The position numbers were made by a program, and so were the translations under genes. A stretch of 64,000 nt of DNA from Chlorokybus atmophyticus (Eukaryota; Plantae; Mesostigma and Chlorokybus algae), in contig RHPI01003041.1 of NCBI GenBank assembly GCA_009103225.1, forward strand, positions 205,439 through 269,438, written 5' to 3'. Of the stretch, positions 48,501-60,700 are shown piece by piece. The notes beneath the pieces are model-generated. The model did no database searches. It worked only from the letters and a program-made list of their open reading frames with translations, and was not told the origin of the DNA. Position 1 is the stretch's first letter, and every line of letters begins with the position of its first letter.

Positions 48501-51500
48501 CACGCAAGCAAACTTGGCCACACTCACACACAGTCATGCAGACGCACACACGTGCAAGCCCCTGTACGTGTACACGCATGTGTTCACCGACACGCATAAG
48601 CGCACATGAACGCACCAGCGCATGCATACGCAGGTGTAAGCACGCACGCGCACGCACACGCACACCCACACCCACACACAACGCGCGTGCATGCACCACT
48701 GGAGTGCTCAAAACCTCAGATCAACTCACCACATAGTCTCCTTCCGCAAACGGACAATCAAACCCATCCCCCGCTCCTCTCACCCGTCCCTGCTGAGGTC
48801 GTACAAACCGATACACGTACACCTCCTTCTGCTCCCCCATCCCACTCTCCTTACCCATCACTCCCCCCTCCCCCTCCCCCAACACCAATCCCCCAACACA
48901 CGCCCCCCTCCTCTCCCTCTCCCCACTCCCCATATCCCATATCTCCCTCCTCGTGCTGGCCAGAGACGACCCCTCGAGGTCAATCAGGCGGTCCCAGCGG
49001 GCGAAGAAGGAGGCGTGGGAGGGGGAGAGGTGGGAGGTGAGGGAGGAGAAGAGGGAGGGGGGGAGGGCGCTGGAGGCGTCGGTGCCGGACTCGAGGGCCT
49101 GCAGAGGGGGAAGGAAAGAGTGGGGATGTGTTGTTGAGGGCTTATTTAGTCATGTGCACGCATATAACATAGACGCGCGCACAAACAGTATACACATGCG
49201 TGCCAACATCGCACACGCGCACGCACGCACGCGCGCGCGCACGCGCGCGCACATGCACGCACACGCACAAGCACGCTCACACATGCAAGTCACAACACCT
49301 TGTGGTAGACCGCGCACGTGTCGAGATGTTGGCACCCTTTGCACACATGGGCATTCTGCACACGCACGCACGTACATCAGCTTCCACACACACAACAACT
49401 ACCACGCACCATGCACATACCCCAAGCATGGGCGGGAGCGGCTGCCCGCTGCGCAGGGCTGCGGCGATGGCGTTGCGACGCATCATCAGCTCGCGCATCT
49501 CGGCGTGCACGGAACCCACGCCCTGCGTCGCGTTGGCACCCACGCCCTGCGTGTAGTAGAGCAGGCCCTCGGTCACCTCCTCAGGGTACCTGCGTGTGTG
49601 TGCATGTCTGCAGCGTGCGCTGGTGCATGCGCGTACATACGCGCACGCATGCATATGCGTGTGCACAGCGTGCGTGTCTTTCCACGCATGCATTTGCAAA
49701 CGTGTGCGCGTGCTTGTGCACGTGTGCGCAACTTAAGTGTGCATGTGCACGCACGCTCGCATGTGTGGCAGCACATGCACAAGAGGAGGTCCCTCTCACC
49801 TTTCAGACATCAACAGCGTGTACAGCATGAGTTGTGCCCTATGCTCCAAGTTCGCCTGTTCACACAATGTCATATCACCACTCAGCTGCATCTCCTAAGA
49901 ATATCTTCTCTCTACCACATACCTGTCCGGCGGTCCGTTTGCCGGTCTTGAGCTCGAGCGGCATCACGCGCACGCGCACGGCGTTGCTCTTCTTGTTGTC
50001 CACGACGGCTACGCGCACGGAGGCGTCGATGTTGCCCTTGAGACCGTAACGCGGCGCCCACACGTTCTCCTCAATGTCCATCACCTCGCACACGCCAACG
50101 GTCTTGGTGCCCACGCCGAAACCAAAGTCCACCTGATCCCGGCCCTGCAACAGGTCGCATGACACAATAACAGCATCAGTCCATCAGTCCAGCGCAGAGC
50201 AATTATCAGATTAACACAAATACGCATGTGTGTGTCTGTGTACGTGCGCGCGCATGCACATAGACACACATACAGAGTTGCACGAATGCATGCGTGTCCG
50301 CGTGTGTGCACACGCACGGACATCCATGCATGCACGCAAACACACACGCATGCGCGCACTCACATGCACAAAGCGCGACATCCAGGACTGTATTGGCGGG
50401 ATGGCTTCTCGCAGCTTGTCTATCGCCTGCCCTTCAGTCTCCGATATCGCATACAGCCCCTCAGCATTGCGCGATATCACCGCCTTCGCCATCGTCGCGA
50501 GCTCAGCCGCATCGCACACGCCCCTCTTCATCGCACCCTGAGACATGATGTTAACCTTGTTGGTGATGTTGGTTGGTATTGTTGGTGATATTGATGGTGA
50601 TGTTGTGTTGATAGTGGTGGTGTACCTGAAAGAGCTCGTGTGTCATCGTGCCATACAATGCGGCGGCGTTGGTGTTCGTTCCACGCACGCGCTCGTCCAA
50701 CACGGTTCGCCTCAAACAACCGTAACTGCTCCCAACCTGTCACCCAACACAATGGCCATTGTCAACACAATCATCATCATCAACAACAACAACAGCAACA
50801 GCAGCAACAACAACAATAATGCTCACCTTTGAGCCCGACACTAGCATCTGCGGGTGCATCACAACGAACCCTGCATGGTCATCCACGACAGCCTTGCACA
50901 CGTTGTTGTTGTTGTTGTTGTTGTCTTCCACGCGTGCGTTGACGAGGTTGACCGTGTCGCCTGGTAACACGCGCTCGTGGAACCATCCGTCCCGCAGCAC
51001 AACTTCCCGCTCGAGCCCCGCGCGCTCATCAAGAGCACGCAACACCTTCTCTCGTTGATGAACACGCTCGGTGACTTGCAGCACGAGCAAGTTAGTGCCG
51101 TTGGCGTGGTCAACGATGGTGTCAATGGGCCGGTTGATGATGGCAGGCTTGGCAGGTGCAGCAAAGGCTTTTATGGTGGTAGTGTGGTGGGGGTGGGGAG
51201 GAGTATTCTCAATGTCATTGTGCAAGCAAAGCTTCTTATTGCTGTTGCTGTTGCTGTTGCTCGAGTCTTTGATGATGATAGCAGCAGCGGTGGTAGCAGC
51301 AATGTTGGTGTTGGCGAGGTTGTTGTGCTTGTCTGTGGCGTCCTTGAGCATATCGTTGTTGTTGTTGTTGTTGGAGATGTTTTTGTTGATGTTGTCACTG
51401 GTGCTGCGCTGGGACACCATCTCCTCCACCCTGTCGAGCAAGTCTAATAGCACCTGCACACGCGCAAGCACACACACGCACAGGCACACATGAACAAGCG

Positions 51501-52249
51501 CCCACACGCACATACGCACACATGCGCGTACACGCACACATGCGCGCACACACGCGCATCTGCACCCACCCACACATACGCACAGACTCGCACATGCACA
51601 CATGTTAGCGTGCAGCACACCTTGCGCTGTTTACGCGGGGTCTTGCGCTTCTTCTTGCTACCGCCGCTATTGTTGTTGTTGCCATTGGCTTTGTGACAGC
51701 CGCTGCTCAATCCGCCTCCACAAATACTCCTCCTGCGCAGCCTCGCACCCGACAAAAGCAGAGGCGAGAAGCAGCTCGCATTGCTGTTGTTGTTGTTGCT
51801 GAGAGGTGGTTTTGTTGTAGATGCTCCTCCTCCTCCCACGCTGGAAAGGAGCAAAGCATCCACCCACCTTGCATGCTCCCTCTCCAAATCCTAACGACGA
51901 CGACCACGACGCTGATGTTGTTGTTGATGATGATGAAGATGATGTTCAATGCTAGCAGCAGGCTCACCTCTGAGGCGTCTTGAGTAGGACTTGCGGTGAT
52001 CTGGGTGTTGTTGTTACTTGGGCGCTTGCGACCAAAGAAGCGCGTAAACTCATTGGCAGGAGGGGAAAAGGCTTGCTGCGATGCTCCTCCGCCGCTGGCG
52101 GTACCAGGCCGTGCGGCGGTTGAGGGCGACAGCGTCGGGCCAGGCCCAGCGGCGGCGTGCGAAGCGAGGCGCTCCCTGATCAAGGCGGACCGGCCGCCAT
52201 CCTCCTCCCAGCTCCACACCACATCTATGTCCGACTGCGTGTCCTCCAT
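45564..52249 (-). CDS. DNA2: DNA replication ATP-dependent helicase/nuclease DNA2 (multi-exon)
   Basis: Nuclease [20 protein letters not shown]...PLELKTGK. Fe-S cysteines [10 protein letters not shown] (~49300-49345). Walker [39 protein letters not shown] and [11 protein letters not shown]. Confidence 0.97.
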
Positions 52250-52586
52250 CTCCGTGGAGGAGACGCTCCGCCACCGTCCCCTGGCCTTGCCTGCCCTGGT
52301 CTGGCCTAGCCTGGCCTGAGCACATTTTCCCGCCTAGCATTCAAACTTGCACCGACTATCGACTTGATAACTTTGAGTTAGCTGTCGATTGACGGCGCAT
52401 ACTCAGTCTGGCTAACTCAATCCGGACTGAACAATCCTCTTAACGTTTACGCAAAACACAGGCCAAACTTGCGGAAAATGCGGCTAAGTATGGGGACGGC
52501 GGCGGCGACGACGGCGGTGTTGTTGTCGTCGTCGTTGTCTTTATCGTCGTGCTTTGCGGAGCTGGTTATGGGTGATGACGCCCCGC

Positions 52587-55500
52587 ATGCTATGCGCTGC
52601 GCTGCGGCGGGGTGCTTCTCTCCCTCTGCCGCTCCGCAGCTGCTCAGCTGCCGCCTCCTTCCAGAGCTGCGCTCAGGTTAGTGCTGTGATGATGATGAGC
52701 AGTATTAGGGTTTGGGATTGAGTCACGAGCGTATTAGCTATGTGCTCAGTAGTCTTTTTATCATCGTTGTTGCGAGAGGCTCTTGTCCACCAGCTCACGG
52801 AGTTAGCAGTTTCATGCATGCAGGTTCCTAATTTCCAGCACACCACCAACAGCCCAAGCAAAGCAACATTCACTCACTCACTTTCATACCAAGTTTTTTC
52901 TTGACACACAGCGTTTGACTTGCTTCCTTCAAACTGTGTAACAGCAGTTTGCTCTTGTCTGTGCGTTACACATAAACAAGAGCAAACTGATGGTGACAGC
53001 AGTGCAGATTGCCTTTGAGGTATTATTCTCCCTCACATGGTTATAGTGAGAACATGTGTGTGTACTGTCACAGGCCCAGACCATCACGACAAGCGCCAGT
53101 CAGTCCCCACACACAGATGACGACAACAACAACAACAACCGTCACCACCACAACAACAGTCTTGCGGTGCTCACGGCGGAGTTCAGGGATGCCCGGCGCA
53201 GGCATCTTGCTCAGGCGAGGGGAGGAGGAGAAGCAACAGTTCATGAGCACAACATTATCAACAATGATGCCAAGGCTTGCGGCCGCCAGTGCTCCCCGCC
53301 CCTGCAGGACCCCTCCGGCGTGTTTGCCAACTCGTCTCTACGACTGGACCTCATCAAAGTGTAAGCAAAAACCATGTGCGTGTGCGCGCGCCTGTGTGCA
53401 CGCATGCAAGTATGTTCATGTGTTTGCACCTGCATGCACGTGCACCTGCATGTGTACATGTACGGACGTCTGTATGCTTTTTCTCAGTCGCTGTAACTCA
53501 CACGCATGCACGAGACAAGATCTGTGTCTCACCAAACGACATGTTTTTACTCTCCTCCCCTCTCAGTTATGGCTTCGATTTCGACTACACTCTCGCCCAC
53601 TATGGCGACTCTCTCCACCCTCTCATCTACGCTTCCGCCATTGAACACCTCGTCAAAGAACTCCGTTACCCCGACGGCATCATGAAACTCGAATACGATT
53701 CCTCCTTCCCCATCCGCGGCCTCCACTACGACCGCCTGCGTGGGTACCTCTTCAAGCTGGACTTCTTTCATTGCATCGAGAGAGGGAGTGCCTTCTTTGG
53801 GAGGAGGAGGGTGCAGAGGGAACAGCTGGAGAGAGATTATGGAGGGGGACTGGATATAAGCCCGGATTATCAAAAGGATCATCTGGTGGCGCTGATGGAC
53901 CTGTTTTGCTTGAGTGAGATATGTCTCATCGCCGATGTCATACAGGTGGGTTGTCTAGGTGGTGTGATTGTCATGCAACCAGCTGATCAGCCTGCTGCAA
54001 TGGCAGGTTGATTAGGTAAAGCCATGCCAGTTACATCATTATCTAGTTGCGTCGAGCTTCTTGCACAGTACCAAACCATCTGCTCATACACATGCGTGCG
54101 TGTGTAAGGCCTTAGGCTATCACTTATCAAGTCACCCCATCAGATTTTATTCCGTGGTTAACATAGATGGTACTTTGATGCAGTACTTTGTGGACAACAA
54201 GCTGGACTTCGATCCCGCGTACGTGTATGAGGACGTGCGCGGCGCGGTGCAGCGCGTCCACGCCTCGGGGAGGCTCCACAGGTTGGTTGGTAGTGGCAGG
54301 TTGCGCCATGATGATACCCTTGTATACTTGCACATATCTGTAAACAATGGTTGTGTCCCACAGGGCCGTGCTGAGCGACCCCGACAGACACCTCGCCCAT
54401 CAACCGGGGGCGCTGAGAGGGTGGCTTGAACGATTGCACGGCGCGGGAAGGAGACTCTTTCTCCTCTCAAACTCACCCTTCTGGTATGGGCATCATTCTT
54501 CCTTTTCCCAACACATCCTATCTTGTAGTAGTAACAACGACAACAGTACGCTCATCAGGCATCAATCACAGCCAACTGAGTCACGTGTTCTGTGGTCTGG
54601 TCTATGAAAAGATCAACTATCCCCAGAATATTGTTCAACACTTGTTGTCAATCAGGTACATTGATGGTGGGATGAGGCATCTGTTTCGTGACGACGGTCG
54701 CGACGGTGCCACATGGAGGGAGTTGTTTGACGTCGTGGCTGCCGCGGCGGACAAGCCCGCGTGGTACCAGTCCGAGAGACCCTTTCGCCAGCTGAGTGAT
54801 AAAGACGAGGCGTCGGGGTTGCTCACGTGGCATAGGGTGAACGGGTTCGAGAGGGGGAGGGCGTACGTGCACGGGAATCTGAGGAGCTTCTTGGGTGAGT
54901 AGGGGGGTTGTGTGATGTGGGGGAATAACAAGGCACACGCGCGTATGTGCATGTATGCATCCGTGCGTGCGCGCTTATGCAGACATAGCAAGGGTGTGTG
55001 CGCGCTGTGCGTGTGTGTTGTTGTACACGCGTGCACGCACGCAGAGAGAGCAACGCGTCCCTGCATGCGCGTGTATGTGAGCGTATGTGGGTGGGTGGGT
55101 GCATGTGCATGCGTGCACACATGTGTAAGCGCGCGCGCGCGCGTGTCTGTGTGTGTGTGTGCGTGCGTGCGTGTCTGTTGTGTTGCTCTGACTGACCCAA
55201 CACAACCGCCAACCTCTGGTTGATGCAGAGCTTACGGGTTGGCGCGGTCCCGAGGTGTTGTACTTCGGCGACCACCTCGTGAACGACTTGCGCGGTCCCG
55301 CTCGCGCCCACTGGCGTACGGCGGCGGTGATACGTGAGCTCGAGCGCGACGTCGACGTCACCAATGGAGAGGAGTACCGGCGAGAGCAGGCGTGGTACCA
55401 CACTTTACAGAGAATGTTGGCGAAGTACCATCATGAACATAACAACAACCCAGAGGTTGGTGTTGGTGTGATGTGCGTGTTAGCGTTTGTGTGTGTGTTG

Positions 55501-55913
55501 GTGCGCGCTCGCGCGCACATGTACTGCTGTGTACCGTTTGTTTGTGTCTGCATATGTGCTGTACGCGTGTGCGTGTGTATGCATGAGTGTGAGTTGCAAC
55601 TAACATTGTTGTACTGTAGGCACACAACCTTGTGGGGGAGCTTCGCGCGGAGAGACTTGCTGCTCGGCGTGCCATGCGAGCCGCTTTCAACCCACACTTC
55701 GGTTCGGCTTTCACCACGGCGGACGCGCGAGAGACCTGGTACGCATATGTTGTCCAACGCTACGCCGACGTGTACACGGCAAAGCTGGAGAACTTTGCAA
55801 ACTACCCCGTGGATGCGTGGCTTGTGGCCCCACATGATGTGAAGATGCTACCGCACCATGTTAAACTTGACCCCGACAGCGTACTTGCGGCCCAACCGGT
55901 CAGCGCGAGTTGA
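52587..55913 (+). CDS. HAD-superfamily IG (cN-II / NT5DC-type) 5'-nucleotidase, likely organelle-targeted
   Basis: GFDFDYTLAHY (motif I), LFLLSNSPFWY, YFGDHLVNDL, WRTAAVIRELE and FNPHFGSAF. First exon MLCAALRRGASLPLPLRSCSAAASFQSCAQ splices in frame and looks like a presequence. Confidence 0.93.
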
Positions 55914-56411
55914 TGTGGGTATGTGTGTTGTTGCAAACAACACACACTACGTGTACATGAGCACAACATGTGCGCCATACAGGGTAGTAACAGCGCTGTG
56001 CACATATTGGGATGAGCAACATTGACTTGGTTGCTGTTGTATAGATTTCTTCAGTTTGGCACCACGCAGTAGCAACTTGGTGAGTTACTTGTTTGCACAC
56101 TAGTAATCGGTTGTCAAGTGTTGAAAAGATGCAATGCGCATTGCATGCATGCACAAACAGCGCGGAATGCTTTTGCCCATGCATGCCCAGGCAGAAGTGT
56201 GTGCATCAAACACAAATCAGTGGAAGCGTATCTGTTGGGTAGTAGTGGATATATGCAGCAGTCCAGAATCAGGGTGCAATACCACACACTTGGATTAAAT
56301 ACAATTACACTATCATAACAATGGTTCATGGGAAAGTTGCAAGGCCATCTGTAGCTATGCCCGGTACACAGTATATTCACAACAACATGTACAAGCAATG
56401 CGCGGACACAA

Positions 56412-57433
56412 CTACTTTGCTTCAGCAGCAGATTGCGAGGCCGCATGCTGCTGCAGCATGTCCAGGCTGCATATAGCCAGCGCGCTCTCGTGCGTAGCCT
56501 CCAACACCACCTTTGGCGCACACCCGCTCTCAGCCGCCTCCAACCACCTGATGCGTAATGCTGACATACAGCAACAAGCACAACAACAATTATAGCAACA
56601 ACCATAGCAACAACCATAACTTGTACCTTGAGGCGCAGAGGCACCAGTGGTCGCCGGGCTTGAGACCCGGGAAGAAGGGTGGGTGCGGGGTGGAGAGGTC
56701 GTTGCCGCGGGACTTGGTGTATGAGAGGAAGTCGGATGTCACCTCCGCGCAAACAGCGTGCAAACCAACGTCTGCAAACACGCTTGCGTGTGAATGTGTG
56801 TTTTTTGTATGTGGGCGAGTGGGTGGTACGCACACGCATGGCGCATACTAACAAGCACACATAAACATAGCCACACACCCACATACAGTCCGTGCTCACA
56901 ACAACAATAACAGCAACAACACGCACACCTGCGTGTACACAACAGTAGCAACAACAGACACACGCACACATATACACACCTACGCACATGCACACACATG
57001 CACACACACATACCTTCAGGGCCAACGGAGCAGAACCCATCGCGGAAGAATCCCGTGGTTGGGTCTGTGGGCTTACATGTGCAGGGTGTGAGTGCCCCAC
57101 CCAGTACGTTCTTCTGGTTGGGCCTGGCGGGCGTGGGAGCGGCGGAGGAGGAGGCGGACACCGTCATGGAGACTGGCAGCAACAACAACAATGAGAACAG
57201 CAACGACGCCGACGCAGTTCCTGCTCGGAGAAACGCGGCGCACGGCACAGGATCAACAAGAGAAACGACATTGAGGTCAGGGAAGTCATCCCACAACAAC
57301 AGCGACACTCACCCAGCCTGGTGTTTCTTCGGCCTGGCAGCGGCGGAACAGCCTTGACGGCCTTGCTCGGCCCGGAGTGCAGTAGCGGCACAGCCAGGCA
57401 AGACGCCGCACGCCACGCCACAGCAGACCCCAT
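56412..57433 (-). CDS. DUF2237 family protein with N-terminal extension
   Basis: KNVLGGALTPC...TGFFRDGFC, HAVCAEVTSDFLSYTKSRGNDLSTP..FPGLKPGDHWCLCASRWLEA...APKVVLEATHESAL is the diagnostic DUF2237 pattern. Confidence 0.92.
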
Positions 57434-57736
57434 GCACGCTCACAAACAGACCTCACAACGCCACACCACCGCCGCCGCTACTGCCGCCCACGCCCACAAG
57501 ATCTCTGGCCTGGCCGACGTGGCAATGCTTCTTCCCAGGGCCGCCGCATACACAATGCACACAACTCAGTGCAGGATGTATGCGGCGGCTCGCCCCGGAT
57601 TAGGGTTTCTCTCTGGGGTGTTATTGCTGGCATTGTCGGTGGCAGCGGCGGCGGCCTCCTGGTAGGCGACGACTGCAGAAGGCGGTTGGTGTCCAAGGAG
57701 CAGAAGGCTGAGAGTCATCTTTATTCTTCTTTGCAG

Positions 57737-60700
57737 ATGGCGGAAGTGGAGGATGGCCCCGTCACCGAGAAGGTAAGTGTGTTTATGGGGAGCCAAGGAC
57801 TGGGGATGGGTTGGTTGGTTGCCAGCCTGAGCGTTACACCTGGCAGGCCAGTGGGGCGGCCGCCGCTGCCGGCGAGGCGGAGGAGGATCCGGAGAAGAAG
57901 CGCAAGAAGGAGGAGAAGGTTGGTGTTTGGGATCTGCCTTCATGTGTGTGAGGTAACTTGAACCCACGCTGTGTGTGCTCCGGCAGTTGAAGGAAAAGGA
58001 GGCCAAGAAGGCCAAAGCTAAAGCAAAGGCGGAGGCTGCTGCTGCCGCCGCCGCTGCCAAGGTAATGTACCCTTTCCACGAAACAGCCTGCACAATACTC
58101 GACTTTAGCATCACACACATTGGCACACAGCCTTAGAAGTACTGCAACACTGCATTGTGCACAGACAGTGCGAACAGCGCATTGCACAAGCATGTTGCAT
58201 GCGTGCGTGCATGTGCGTAAGTATGTGTGTGCTACAGTGTGCATGTGTGCGCACATGCACGTGCATTGAGTGGAGGTTAGTCCACAACACACAACTGCAA
58301 CTGCGCATGCGCGCACACACACGCGCACGCAGTGACTTGTCACAATCGCATATGGCGTCTGTGTAGTGCTTTCTATGTTTGACACCATTCTCCTGTCTTT
58401 ACATATACACATACACACACACTATGTACACACTCAGCAGGGTGCCAACAGCAAGGCGGATGGTCCCGCAGCAGAGAAGAAAGGGGGCAAGGCCGGAGGC
58501 GGCGGGGTTGGTGGAGCTGCAGCAGCGCTCGCGTCCGCCGTCGATGAGGTGGAGCTCGCGCGTGCCACGCCCAAGGGACACAAGAAGGACGTGTCGGGAG
58601 AGATGCCGAAGGCGTATAACCCTCGCGCGGTCGAACTCGCGTAAGTGTGTATGTGATCATGCTGTGTACATAACAACATGCATGTTAGATGTGCATATAC
58701 ACAAGCACGCGCAGGTTAACAGCAACGCTAACACGCATGGGCACATGCGCGCACGCACACACACACATGCACTCCTCTCCAGATCCCCGCCGTTGTATGC
58801 GCGCTTACACAAGCACTCACACATCGGCGTTAACTGCACTCGTCACGTAGTGTGCTGTCAGTACACGTTTGCAGATAGGTTTGGTAGGGGAAGTTTTGTG
58901 TTGTGTCAGAGTCGGTCACACCAGTTGCCTGTTATGCACAGTGCACTCATGCAAATGTACATTAAAGCACGATTGGCTCCAACTGCAGATGGTACGACTG
59001 GTGGCAGCAGAGCGGGTTCTTCTCCGCCGATCCAGCTAGCAAAAAGCCCAAGTTTGTTGTGGTGAGTAAGGCAGCACTGTCAAGCGATTGTTATGTGGTT
59101 TCATGCAACATGCTTGCGTTGGGAGCTGGTGCACAAGCGTGATTAATCCCACACAGGTCATACCTCCACCCAACGTCACAGGCTCGCTTCACATTGGGCA
59201 CGCGCTCGCCAATGCAGTTGAGGTGAGCGTCAACATGGTCTGAATAGAGCACTCTGTTGTGCTACTTGATTGTGGTCGTGATGAAGTGCGCGTCGTCCTG
59301 AAACAGGATGCTTGCGTGAGGTGGAGACGCATGAGCGGGTACGAAGCCCTGTGGGTCCCTGGCACTGACCATGCTGGCATTGCTACACAGGTGGGCATGT
59401 GGTTGTGTGAGCGTGTGGGCGTGTGGGTCTGTGGGTGTGCGGATGTGTGTGTGGGGATGTTTGTGGGTGTATGTGGGTGTGGTGGTGTGTGTGTGTTGGG
59501 GGGGGGNAGCAGGTGGAAGCGTGATAGAAGGGTGGTTGGGTGGGAGGGTGGTTGGGTATATGTTGGGATGTAGGTGGTGGGTTTGAGTTGGGGTGGGTGG
59601 GTAGGATGCAGTACCAACCACACCCACAGTGTGTAGTGTATTGTGTGATTAGTGTCGTTGGTGTTAACTTAACCGATTTTGTACTTGGCCTTTGGATGTC
59701 CATATTTGACTTGCTGTGTGCGTCTCTGTTGTGACACAGGATAGTAGTTATTGATGGTGTCAACACTGTGGTGTGACGTGCTGTACTTGTAGAGTTGCTG
59801 TTCTCACAACCAGTGTTCCAGCTTGGGAGCAAGAGGACTCCTACTAAAAGAGTGAATAGGGGGGGGGCGCGTGTGAGTGTGCGCTTGCGTGTGTGAGACA
59901 GCGCGTACACGCGTCTGTCTGTGCACGCGCGTGCATGTGGTATGACTATGACAGTTGTGGTTTTGCTGTGTTGTTTTCTTAACACTGTGTTGATGCAGAC
60001 AGTTGTGGAGAAGACGATTGCGAAGCAGGAGAAGAAGTCTAGGCATGACCTCGGGAGAGAAGAGTTCATCAAGCGGGTGAGAGCCTTTTTGCACGTTACT
60101 CATCAGTGGGTAGAGTTGTTGTCTTGACTATTGTTTATGACACATACCGACAACATTTCAGGTCTGGGAGTGGAAAGTAAAGTACGAAAGCCGCATACTC
60201 GACCAGTTGAAGCGGTTAGGCGTTTCTGTCGATTGGGACAGACTGGTACGCCAATGTTGTTGGTTGATTTCACTGTTGGGTTGACTTGCGTCACAGCTGT
60301 GAGTGCGCGTGTGTCTGTGTGTCTGTGTGCATGAGCATGTACCAACCCTACAGGTGTTTACAATGGACGACACGCGGTACAAGGCGGTCATGGAGGCTTT
60401 CGTGCGCATGCACGCCGACGGTTTGATCTACCGCGACAACCGTCTCGTCAACTGGGACTGCCGTCTCCGCACGGCCATCTCCGACATTGAGGTGGACTAC
60501 ATCACCATCGAGAAGCGCACGCTGCTGGCCGTGCCGGGCTACAAGGACAAGGTGGAGTTTGGGGCCATCACGTCCTTCGCGTACCTGCTCGAGGATGGCG
60601 CAGATGAGATCATCATCGCAACGACGAGACCGGAAACCATGCTGGGTGATACGGCCGTGGCCGTGCATCCTGATGATGAGAGATACAAACGGTTTCATGG

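Noticed and set aside
46090-51900. Many His/Thr/Ala/Arg- or Cys/Val-rich ORFs overlapping DNA2 and other host genes
   Set aside because: Translations of the (CA/GT/GC)n intronic tracts.
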